A stretch of DNA of 63,895 bases, counting the filler, from Folioceros fuciformis (Eukaryota), in NCBI GenBank assembly GCA_049999805.1. It is 7 parts of 7 records of this genome, joined end to end, with 100 filler letters (N's around TTAATTAATTAA, not from the genome) between each part and the next. Parts side by side here need not be neighbours in the genome. Positions count along the whole stretch, not along the records: positions 1 to 17,908 come from JBNGIO010001061.1; 6 more parts are not named here. One strand, written 5' to 3'. The notes under the pieces were generated by a model that had not been told where the DNA came from, made no database searches, and saw nothing but the letters and a program-made list of their open reading frames with translations. The stretch's first letter is position 1. Each line of letters starts with the position of its first letter. Made by a program: the position numbers and the translations under genes. Below, piece after piece: positions 1 through 9,811 of the stretch.

Positions 1-2883
1 AGCGGGAGCGGGAGCGCCAGTCTTGGGGAGGGCAGCAACGACGTCGGGGCCGACGGCGAGGATGACTTGGATTTCGAGGACGACAAGGAGGACGGGGACG
101 GGGATGCCAACGACTTGGAGCTGGAGCAGGAGCAAGAGCAGGAGCAGGATCAGGATCAGGATCAGGATCAGGATCAGGATCACGAGCACGAGCCGGGTTT
201 TGGGAATGGACGGGGGGACGAGCAAGAAGGAGGCGTGGATATGGGCTTGGCCAGCTCCGCCAGTCTCAAGAAGAAGCTCTTCAAGCGCCAATTTCGCAAC
301 GCGTGGAGGTACCTTTACCCGTGGGTCATCACCAGGAAGAAGCCCAGCGGGGAGACCGTTATGAAATGCGAGTACTGCGAGGAGGGCGGGCTGGACACGC
401 CCTGGGGGAAGGGATCCGGGTGCAGGAACCTGCAGCTGTCAGCACTGCGCTGCCACGCTAACTCTGAAAACCACAAAAAGGCAGAGGCCAGGTGGGGATG
501 TCGGCCGGACGAGCAAATCCGGTCCCTGGCTCTGCCCCTGCCAGTGCCCGTCCCCGGGCCCGGGCCCGTGCCCGTGCCGGACCAGATGCGGGACATGGTG
601 GTGGATCAGGGGCCGGACATGGCGGCCTGCCATGTCATGGACTTCGAGGAGGAGCTGCAGCGGGAGGGGGGTGCGGAGAAGGGGAAGAATGGGAAACTGG
701 TAAAGAGGCACTTCAGGCATGCTTGGAGGGTGCTGTATCCGTGGGTTAGGACGGTGAGGAAGCCTGGGGGAGAGAGTGTGATGAAGTGCAGGTACTGTGA
801 GGAGGGGAATTTAGATACTCCTTGGGGGAAAGGTTCTGGGTGCAGGAACCTGCAGCTTTCGGCTCTCAGGTGTCATGCTAGATCTGAGAACCACAAGAAG
901 GCGGAGGCCCGCTGGGGCCGGTTTGATGATATCAGACCCATGTTGGAAAGCGTCAAGGCGGGGGCGCATGCGGTCAGGGTGCCGCCCGATAACAATGTGC
1001 CGCCGCTTGTTGAGGGGTCCACGGTGTTTCAGGATGCGTTGCGGCCTTTGTGTTTGGCGGATATGAGCAGGTCTATGGCGATGCAGGCCAGGTCGTCCAC
1101 GGAGCCTCTGCGTCTCCTGCCCCATGACTTGCTGCAGGGGCTCTTGGACTCTGCTGACAGGGGTGCCGTCATCTCCGGTTTGCAGTTGATGTACTTTATT
1201 GCTTGGAAGAACTATCCTTTGGAGGCTTATTCGGAACTTTGTGACCTCCTCAGGTTGTTGGGAGCACCCAAGGTGCCTGGTAAGGATGAAGGTTTAGATT
1301 ACATGAGTATGGATGCCGGCAAGGCTTTTCTATCGGGGGCCAGCGAGTACTTGAAACTGACTCAGCAGGAAGAGCTCAAGGACAGCCCTTTCTTTTCTCT
1401 GCTCATCGACAACGGCGTCGGCTTGGCTGTGGAGAATCATGTGGCCATGTATGTCACCTATCTCTCTGGGAAGGGGGCTGGCCGTCCGATCACCGAATTC
1501 CTGCAGCTTGTGGAAATAAAGGATAGGTCTGCTCACTCCATGTATGCCGCCGTGTCCAACATGCTGATGCACAGGAATCTAGTTAGGGCCAAGCAAGTAG
1601 TGCTTGCCACAGATGGCACTTCGGGTCTGAGCAGTGAAAGGGGTCATCTTGTCTCCATATTCAGGAGGGATGTGCCCCATCTTCTGGAGACTCACAGTGT
1701 GACACGCCTTGCCACGGAATGTCTCGCCGCCGGAGATGCTGCAAGGAATGTACCCGAGTTAAATTTTGTCAACAATTTTGTCAGGAAGGTCTACGAGTCA
1801 GTTAGCAGCTCAGCGAATGAGCATATAGAGTTTGAGGAGCTGATGGAAGCTTTCACTGCTGGTATGGTGGATCCATCTTATTTCTACAAAGTGGAGTGGG
1901 TTTCTCGGTGGCAAGCTGTGGAGAAGCTCGTGCAAGCCATGCCCTTCCTACTTGACAAATGGCAAGCTGAAGAACATGGCTGGTATGGCTATGCCACTAT
2001 TTACCAAGTGCAGTTCTGGCTTCATCTCTTAGCCGATGTGCTGCTGGAATTGAATAAGCTGAACAAGAAGATTCAAGAAGAAAATGTGGAAATAACCACC
2101 ATCGGATCTTTTCTTGATGTTACCCTCTCTGTGCTGAGGAGACGGTTTCTTCGAGGCCACAACGAGTTTGGGCTTGGAGGAAGGTATGTCGATCAACTGC
2201 TGAAAGAAGGGGAGTTGAGATCCACAGACATGCATGGGAATGTCCGGGTGCACATTCTTAGGTTGGAAGGTCTGCAAGGCTCCCTGAGGGGAGGCTCGGT
2301 AGAAGACTGCAAAGCACTTGGAGAGATTTTTGTGCAGAACGTTGTCCAGCTCCTTATCGACAGGTTTCCAGATATCAACGTCTTCCATTCAGCAAGACTG
2401 TTTAGTCCCAAATACTATCCCAGCGACGAGATCGAGATGGAGCGAATGACGGCCCATTGGTTGGAGAAGCTCCTGGAACGGTTTTGTGATGGTTTGGCAC
2501 AGCCGCTGGTCTCCAGGGAAAGTTGCAAGGCCGAATTGCATGAGTTCGTTTCTATGCTCGCAAGTTCTTGCGAGCGGAAGAACATGTTAGAGGCCTGGAA
2601 ATTTTGCGGAGGGACACCTCACTGGCACCAAGACTGGCCGAACTTGATGAGACTCTGGCAAATCGTGATGGTCATTCCTGCTAGCACGGTTGTATGTGAA
2701 CGTGGATTTTCCAAGAAGGTGCTCACTCGGAACAGCAACAGGGGCAGGTTATCATTGCAAGCATGGGATGATATTATGCGGATATCAGTGAACGGTCCAG
2801 ATACGAGCAAGATTGACTGGCTGACTATGTTTGATGTCTGGAAGAATCGCAAGGACAATGGAGTACTTCCTAAGTTCCAGTGA
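1..2883 (+). CDS. hAT-transposase-derived protein (ZNF862/C17orf113-like) with two TTF-type zinc fingers; intronless; 5'-truncated by window edge
   Basis: Frame is open from base 1 to TGA at 2881-2883. Two copies of W..LYPWV...MKCxYC...L..H..S..H. RNase-H-like motifs FFSLLID and LATDG, and hAT C-terminal dimerisation motif PASTVVCERGFS. Confidence 0.85.
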   Translation, partial: SGSGSASLGEGSNDVGADGEDDLDFEDDKEDGDGDANDLELEQEQEQEQDQDQDQDQDQDHEHEPGFGNGRGDEQEGGVDMGLASSASLKKKLFKRQFRNAWRYLYPWVITRKKPSGETVMKCEYCEEGGLDTPWGKGSGCRNLQLSALRCHANSENHKKAEARWGCRPDEQIRSLALPLPVPVPGPGPVPVPDQMRDMVVDQGPDMAACHVMDFEEELQREGGAEKGKNGKLVKRHFRHAWRVLYPWVRTVRKPGGESVMKCRYCEEGNLDTPWGKGSGCRNLQLSALRCHARSENHKKAEARWGRFDDIRPMLESVKAGAHAVRVPPDNNVPPLVEGSTVFQDALRPLCLADMSRSMAMQARSSTEPLRLLPHDLLQGLLDSADRGAVISGLQLMYFIAWKNYPLEAYSELCDLLRLLGAPKVPGKDEGLDYMSMDAGKAFLSGASEYLKLTQQEELKDSPFFSLLIDNGVGLAVENHVAMYVTYLSGKGAGRPITEFLQLVEIKDRSAHSMYAAVSNMLMHRNLVRAKQVVLATDGTSGLSSERGHLVSIFRRDVPHLLETHSVTRLATECLAAGDAARNVPELNFVNNFVRKVYESVSSSANEHIEFEELMEAFTAGMVDPSYFYKVEWVSRWQAVEKLVQAMPFLLDKWQAEEHGWYGYATIYQVQFWLHLLADVLLELNKLNKKIQEENVEITTIGSFLDVTLSVLRRRFLRGHNEFGLGGRYVDQLLKEGELRSTDMHGNVRVHILRLEGLQGSLRGGSVEDCKALGEIFVQNVVQLLIDRFPDINVFHSARLFSPKYYPSDEIEMERMTAHWLEKLLERFCDGLAQPLVSRESCKAELHEFVSMLASSCERKNMLEAWKFCGGTPHWHQDWPNLMRLWQIVMVIPASTVVCERGFSKKVLTRNSNRGRLSLQAWDDIMRISVNGPDTSKIDWLTMFDVWKNRKDNGVLPKFQ
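124..189 (+). repeat. Coding hexanucleotide microsatellite (GAGCAG/CAGGAT)n encoding EQ/DQ runs
   Basis: (CAGGAT)6 at 145-180, flanked by GAGCAG/GAGCAC units. Confidence 0.9.
283..918 (+). repeat. Internal duplication of a 216-nt zinc-finger module (283-498 and 703-918)
   Basis: Near-identical peptides (shared core LDTPWGKGSGCRNLQLSALRCHA) offset by 420 nt, with many synonymous differences. Confidence 0.9.
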
Positions 2884-3387
2884 CTGGGCTCTTTACGGTT
2901 CGGTATCCCACGCATCTTAACCCTTTGTACAAAGGAACCTAATTATTAGCCGTATGACACTACTCAAAAAAAAGTTAATCTGTAGGAGCTTTTGACAGGT
3001 TACGAAACATTCATTCTTTGTGCCTCTGTTGGCACCATCTCTCACGGGTGTGTATTGGTCCCTGTAATTCTGCGAGGCATTCAAGTTTCGTGGTGGCTGT
3101 GAGAATTTTTTTTTTTGTGCCTAACCGGGGTGGACACAAGATTTATTTAGATAGAATTTTAGATTACAAGCCAAGTAGTTGCCGGTATGAGGAAAGAAGT
3201 GAAGCTCTGTGTTGATTACATCCAACATCCCAATTAGACCCTGCTACGGCTTCCACTAGGTGAAAACGTGAAGAAATGCAAACTACTTGATGAATCCCCC
3301 AATGCAACAATCCTCAAATGCGAGGATGCTCCCGAGAAGAATGGACTGTACAGAAAAAAATGCGAGGGTGCTTCACAGCCTTGCACG

Positions 3388-4176
3388 TTACACAAGCCAC
3401 ACATTCTGTATTTGCTTGGTAAGAGAAGGACCGAAACACTTCGCTCGTGAAATGCTAAATCTCGTACAGGCGCCACAGATGGTTGCAACCCGTGTAGTCT
3501 GCAAAACGTAGCAAGCACTCCGCCCCGAACTCTTGCCTTGCACAAGCAAACCCCAAAGCTCTGAGCCCTCCTCTAACTCCTCCACGGTCACCCCACTGCA
3601 AGCATCACCGGAGAGCCCTGCAACGCAACTGCTGCCAAGGGTAGATGGGTCTAATCTGTGCACCATTATGATACCATCAGGACAGAGCTCCGAAACCGAC
3701 TTCCTGACACAAGTCCACTGCTCTGGATTGTCCAGTGCCTCCCTAGAAACCTTGTGCATCGTTGACTCCCCTGCTCCATATACCAGGTGCAGAAACGGTG
3801 CTTCCTGTAGATGTCTGACAATATCGAACACGGCCCTTTCCAACCACCTCTCAAACATCCCATGAGCTGTGCTGGTGCAGTCTCTTGAGAGCCTACAGGC
3901 ATGGTCCTCCTGTGTCGCACCAATTCCCTCGTACTCCCGTATTTGGCATGTCATCACCCTTGTGCGAAAGGAGGGACTCGAAGTTTCCAACCGGGCACGC
4001 TTCAAACCCAATTCCCGCCTCCATGTAGCTGCTCTTACAGAGGAGTCAGACGACACATTTGTATGCACCCTAACAGAACATAATTGATCTCCGGTCCTGG
4101 AAGCACAGAAAAAGCTTCCGGAGCCAGGTAACACGCTGAGTTTAGCCATGTCACTCACCCGACAATTTCCGCCCAT
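3388..4176 (-). CDS. Conserved plant protein of unknown function, single exon
   Basis: 262-aa ATG-initiated ORF with motifs LQEAPFLHLVY, WGLLVQG, ACYVLQT, CTRF, recognised from an uncharacterised land-plant family. Confidence 0.7.
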   Translation of the reverse strand: MGGNCRVSDMAKLSVLPGSGSFFCASRTGDQLCSVRVHTNVSSDSSVRAATWRRELGLKRARLETSSPSFRTRVMTCQIREYEGIGATQEDHACRLSRDCTSTAHGMFERWLERAVFDIVRHLQEAPFLHLVYGAGESTMHKVSREALDNPEQWTCVRKSVSELCPDGIIMVHRLDPSTLGSSCVAGLSGDACSGVTVEELEEGSELWGLLVQGKSSGRSACYVLQTTRVATICGACTRFSISRAKCFGPSLTKQIQNVWLV

Positions 4177-5287
4177 ACATATAACAACACCCTCCAGCTT
4201 CCTGAACGGACTTTATAAAGTCGGCTACCTTGCCAAATTCAGTCCTGAGCTCAAAGGGGAAGCAGAAGAGGAAAAACTCTATTTAAGTCAACTATGGACG
4301 GATGTTTCCGTCATGTTACTTGGTACTTCACAACCTCAAAGTTGTCTCGTACTCACAGCCCCAAGAGGCAAGAAACCTTCTATTTCGACTCACTGCACCG
4401 GCCATCTGCACACGAGAATAGTTGCCAAGTCCGATCCCGAGGTCCGAGAACCCCCATCCTACAACGACTTTTACAACTCCCTCACTCCATGTTGAATAAC
4501 TTCCTGCCTTCCCTTCTTCTCCAGCGACGAAATGGCCCGGCCCTACCGCAGATCCAGATCCGACTCCCGCTCCTACCGCAGCACCAGCCCCAGCCCCAGC
4601 CCTTGCCTGCTCTGACCTGACGCGGTTGCGCACCCACCCGAGAACTTCTGCGCTACGAAGCTGCCGGGAAATGCTGTCGCCACACGATCCTTGTGGCCAG
4701 CCCCAGCGCAAGCTTAGTCGGTTAGACGTCAGGAGAGCAGGACCGCAGCAAGTAGGCGAGCAAACTTCCGGTTGTGGCCGGACAGCAGGCTCATGTGGCA
4801 GGCACGAGCAGCCATACTTTCTGCCAGGTGGCGGCCGAGCAGTGGTTCATGACCCGCTGCGAGACCATGTTTGGCGCACCTCGGAGCGCGTCTGGCTTAT
4901 GTGGCTCTTGACGTGGAGCCCAGCTGTACGCTACCTGGCGGGTTGGGTTTAATTGCGTTGTCATGTCTGGCATAAGACGAGGGTGCGTTTTTCAAGTAAT
5001 GACGGAGATATGTGAGACTAAGCGCGGGGCGGGACTGGGCGGCCCTTCTGCCGCATCTCTTGTGCAGGCCACCAGCATGGCAAAACGGAAAAGCGTGGTG
5101 GAGGCCGACTCCCCTCGCTTGCGTGTCCCAGTGTCAGAAGCGTTGCGTGCGACGAGATCGCCGTGCGCCTCGTTTAGGTTCGTCTTGCACGGGGTCAGAT
5201 TCATCGGATTCCTTCTGCTCTCGTGAAGCTTGCCGCCGGCTCTCGTTGTTGCCGCACTCTTGAATTTGTCGAAAAATCCTTGGCCTC

Positions 5288-7328
5288 ATGGCCATCGCAC
5301 AATCCCTTCCTGCGTTTTCGGCCGCGCTGAGCCGATTGGCAGCTGGTAAGACGTGCTTGCGTTGTCCGTGCGGGCCTGAGTGAGATGTTGGAAGGGTTGG
5401 TGACTGACGGCCGCCGATCCGGGCTGGCCAGAGAGCGGCTCGCTGTCACCAGTGGCTTCCAGGACCTTTGTGGCTTCAGGGACGCGTTTCGGTGTCTCTG
5501 GACCGAGGTTGAACGCGGAAAGGTGTGTAAACGCCAGGGCCAGGCGGCCAGGAGGTGACGAAGACGTGGACTTGGCGGGGGAAAAGATTGCGGATGACTA
5601 TTACTCAGTCCTTGGCGTGGTACGGCATTTTTTTGAAAGGTTTGGTGCTGCGCGTTGAGTGATCTGCAGAGGTGTTGGCCTGAAAGTGTCAAACATGCGC
5701 ATCTACAGACGCCGGATGCCACCCCTGACGAGATAAGAAAAGCCTACTATTCTTGCATGAAGGTCTGCCATCCCGACCTCAGTGGGAACCATCCCGAAAC
5801 GACGGCGTTCTGTATGTTCATCAATGAGGTGTACGAGGTATCGAATATGGACAGCAGTTACGAGGCCTTTCTAAGTCTGCTTCGTGTGTGCTCTAGTTGT
5901 GAATACTGAGAAGGAAAATCGTAGATACTATTTGTACAACATTTCTGAGGTCCGTTTCCCCAACGAGGACAGCTCGGGGTCAGTGAGTGCACTTTGGAAT
6001 TCTGGATGCCCCCAATTCATAGGGTTCCTGTGAGATCGTTGCCCCAGCCTGAACTGCACTGGATTGGATTGGACTCTACTGGCCACACTTTAGAAGAAAG
6101 GGGCAGGGGTGGTTGTTAGATATTTGTGCCTCCGCACAGGTGTGTTCCGCTCAGTGCCACCATTCGTGCAAGTGCAGGTTTTGATTGATCCGGACCAGCG
6201 TATGGTCTATGATGAAATCAACGGATATGCCCTGACAGCGGTGAATCCATTTCTGAATGAAGCCCATGAAAAGGACCACTCATTTGTGGACGAGTTTTCT
6301 TGCATAGGTGAGATGGGTACAACTGATGGTGAAACTCGTGATTCTGGTCTCGAGTTGAAAGGGCTGCCTCACTTGAAGGATTGTGCGTACAGGGTGCAAG
6401 AACTGTGCCAATACTGCTCCAAACACGTTCGACATTGAGATGGAGTTCGGAAGAGCAAGAGTTGTGTCGCAAACAGGAGATCACCCCTCGTTGGTTCAAA
6501 GGGCAATAGACACCTGGTATGCAGAAGCTGAAGGAGAGATGGTATAGAATCTATTTCACTGTTTCATGCACAGCAGGGTTCACTGTGTCTGGCAATGATT
6601 TGTCCTGGCAGCCCTGTGGACTGCATACACTGGGTGACTCCTGCTCAGCTTACACTGTTGGAAGACGAGATGCGAAGGATGGAACGGGTGAATGTGAGTA
6701 TAGGTTGCAGTACCGAGAGGACTTCCCATACGCTGGCTTGTTGCCAGGTTTCATGACTTGAATGAATTTTTCGCTGTGCAGGTGGGAATGATGCTTTGTG
6801 GCATGGGCAGTGGGAATCAAGATGTGTTCGGTCAGGTATTGACGTACTAATGTTGTTGGGCTCATGCTTGCTGTCTGTTGGAGTGTCCTTTTGTATTCTC
6901 TTTCCCCCCGATAACTCTCCTCCTATTCTGTACCACAGGCAAGCTGGAGGTGGGAGAAAAGGCAGGCCAGGACGGTGGTATGTTTTTAGTATGAGCGAAA
7001 AGCTTTCTTAGATACTCACCCTCTTGACATGATAAGCAGACAGTTGGTGACCCCATTGTTTGACATGAGATAGGAAAAGGCAAGGCGGCGCATGATGCAA
7101 GAGCAGGGTGCAGCATGGTGGGATGGCCTGTGGAGTCCTGTCAGTGGCGCAGAAGAATCTAGACAGGTAGATACGAAGGTCGCGAGAGAGAGGGCAGCAA
7201 GAACTGCTGCTGCAGCTCGTCGCTGGCGTGAATATTCGAAACAAGGGCTGGACAGACGAGCGACGAAGGTTTTGGCAGCTGCTCGAAGCTTGGAGGAAGA
7301 AGAAGAGGAGAAGCCCAGTTCTGTTTAA
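5288..7328 (+). CDS. Chloroplast DnaJ protein with 4Fe-4S ferredoxin domain (DJC76/CDJ3-4 type), about 9 exons
   Basis: J domain DYYSVLG...CHPD; ferredoxin CIGCKNC...CPVDCIHWV assembled across GT-AG introns (exons ~5288-5345, 5453-5619, 5709-5837, 6178-6307, 6393-6516, 6612-6693, 6782-6835, 6939-6977, 7075-7328). Confidence 0.9.
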
Positions 7329-7591
7329 TAGTGCTTACGTTCTTTCGCTCGAAGAGCTTTGTATTGTTTTCGTGTGTATATTATTGGTAATAGGAGGTTG
7401 AGAGTGATACATTTGTCTATCTTGTACAGTGTGTGGTGTAATTACATGTCACATTGGGAAAGAATTTCCTTTTGAAGAGGATGGTCAGTTTCTTTGTCAT
7501 CTATGTACCAGCCATAGTGTTTCGAATGCTAATTGTTATATTTTACAACGAAAGTGAACGACAATTTTCTATTCAAAATAAAAGGTTGGAA

Positions 7592-8915
7592 CTACCTATC
7601 GGTCTCCTTCCAGTCGCAGTCGACCTCCTTGTCCAAGGAAAGCACTGCAGGCTCGAGGGGCAGCGCCCACGGATCCGAGACTGCGTCCGGCGACACCACC
7701 GTTTCCATTTTGGAGACGGGGGTGGTGCAGCTCACGTCTTCCAGGCCTATGCATGCCAGCTCCAACTGCTTTACACCTTCGAGCTCTTCCAGAAACGTTT
7801 GGAACTCCTCAGTCTTGAGAGCCTCGTCAACATCCGGAAAGCTGAAATTGTCGTCCGCCGGTGCGGGCGGCAGCAACAGGGGCGGAGAATCGTGGTCGGC
7901 GAACGGGTCCGTGTCTAGGTCTGTCTCTCTTAGCCTCTTCACGGCCCTGAAGATGTGATCATCATCACTCTCCTCCTGCTGTTGCTGTTGCTGCCCTTGA
8001 TGTGTCTCTTGGTGCTGCAGCAGAGACTCTTCTTGTTCCTCAAGACTCCCCTGCTTCACTTCTTCATCCCCGAGGTCTAGCTTCCCGTCCAACACGGGAG
8101 CAGGCCCTGAAAGGAAGGGAGCGGCAGCAGCCATGATTTCATCCGTGGCCGTGGGAGACGATGCCAGCGGTTGCTCTTGCTCCTCTTCCTCATAGTCCTC
8201 GCCGTGCACCTCCACCAGCTCCAGCTTGGCCAGCTGCTGTCGGCCCTTGCTTCTATCTGCAGGCATTCAGCCGCTTGATTAAGTTAAGACGATGTCATGG
8301 CGTCTGGTATGGTTCCTTCCCTCCCAAGCCTCGTTTCGTAGAAAGCAAAAAGGAATTTTCCTCTTCCCCAAGCCCCGACGACATGGCCGGGGAGTGAGGT
8401 GAGGGTTAGGTCACGCGGAGGTGAGTTAGCAGCAGTAGCAGCAGCAGCAGCATCGTAGACGCGGAAAGCACCGAACCGGAAGAATGGGGCGACGAATTGG
8501 AGTTGGATCGCAAGGAGTAGGAGGAGGTGGTGGAGGGAGGGTTGAAGGAAGTGGTTGTGGTAGTCGTATTGTCGGAATCATCGTTGTCCTCCTCCGGTGG
8601 GAGGTGCTTGGTATCCAAAATGTTGAGCTGCGCGCGGGAGCCGAATATCTTGATGGCCGCCTCGTCGTAGGCCAGCGCCGCCTCCTCCGCCGTGGCGAAG
8701 GAACCGAGCCAGAGGCGCGTCCGGTGCTTGGGCTCGCGGATTTCTGCCACCCACTTCCCCCAGGTGCGCTGCCTCACGCCCCGGTACTTGCAGGCGGCGT
8801 TCTCCGGCCCTCCCCTTCCCTTCATCATCCCCCGGCGCCATGCCCTGGGCCTACCGGACGCCTTGGCCGCCCGGCTGCTGGTGGTTGACGAACTGGCCGT
8901 GACCGTCGCCTTCAT
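7592..8915 (-). CDS. DREB2: DREB2-type (A-2) AP2/ERF transcription factor, 2 exons predicted
   Basis: [12 protein letters not shown] motif directly before AP2 domain [19 protein letters not shown]...[17 protein letters not shown] phase-compatible GT-AG intron at 8476-8257 joins an acidic C-terminal exon. Start codon uncertain. Confidence 0.82.
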
Positions 8916-9535
8916 GCTTCTTTGAATGCCTTGGTTACTATGATCCTCCTCTTCAATCTGCTGCAGCAGCAACAGCAATTCCAACCCGAGCGTGAGGCAA
9001 AGCGAATTCGATCCCTTGTGACGCAGGATCCACAGTCCATGGCTCGAGCGCGACAAAGCCTCTCAGCGGCGGGCCATGAAACTGATCTGATGTAAGCTGC
9101 GGGCAGTGCTTGCAATCTGGAGTGCAAGAATGCGAAGCAAACCCTGAGCTGCGGCCCCAAGAAGAAGACGTGATTCAACCAGTCCAGTCGTGGCCACTAC
9201 GGTACAACTGCCAGTTCTTCTCGGACGATTGCGAAGAAGCTGGCTGGAGGGACGTTCGCGCAGCTACGCGACGGGCTGTGCCTCATCCCTCGTCCCGTGA
9301 TTTGCTTCCGCCAAGTGGAAGGTGCTACGTGCCCTTCCCTCTCACCTCCCCAATCCCATGTCAGCCTTCCACGTTGACCGCCGGTTTCGGGTTTTCACCA
9401 AATTCAGTGCGTAATCAGCGTGCGTGCCTGTGTCCAGCTCCCGGAAACCAGCCGAGCCACCTTTGGTCACGAGCCATTTCCGCCACACTCCCGGGACGGT
9501 TTTAGAAACGCGTTTCTTCTGTCCGGATTCCAACT

Positions 9536-9593
9536 CCTGCAACGGCTCCCTCTCTCCCCGGCACACTCCCTCCACTGTGACTTCGTTTTTGAA
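9536..9593 (+). promoter_or_regulatory. Possible MSA-like (AACGG) and TTTGAA elements upstream of the mitotic ASP gene
   Basis: CTGCAACGGCT at ~9537-9547 and TTTGAA at 9588-9593, about 220-270 bp before the ATG. Short motifs that could occur by chance. Confidence 0.25.
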
Positions 9594-9811
9594 TTGCCTT
9601 TTTCTCTATGTGCTCTTTGCCCCGACAGTGGAGACGTTGCATTTTTGTAAGCTGCGGCATGCAGCTCGGACAGGCGAAAAGAGCAGAGCAGAGAAGAGAA
9701 GAGAAGAGAAGCGGGCAGAGAAGGAGCTGACTTCTTCTGTTTCTTCCTTGCTTCACTCACCTGCTCGCTGCATGGACCCTGCTTTCCCCATTCGTTGGTG
9801 AGCACAATACG

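Noticed and set aside
23..364. 113-aa ORF with an RIRIRI repeat
   Set aside because: Alternative frame of the CAGGAT microsatellite inside the real hAT-derived ORF.
4148..5263. Several 60-127 aa ORFs and possible uORFs between the DUF gene and DnaJ
   Set aside because: No recognisable motifs; GC-rich divergent promoter and UTR sequence. A conserved-peptide uORF could not be supported.
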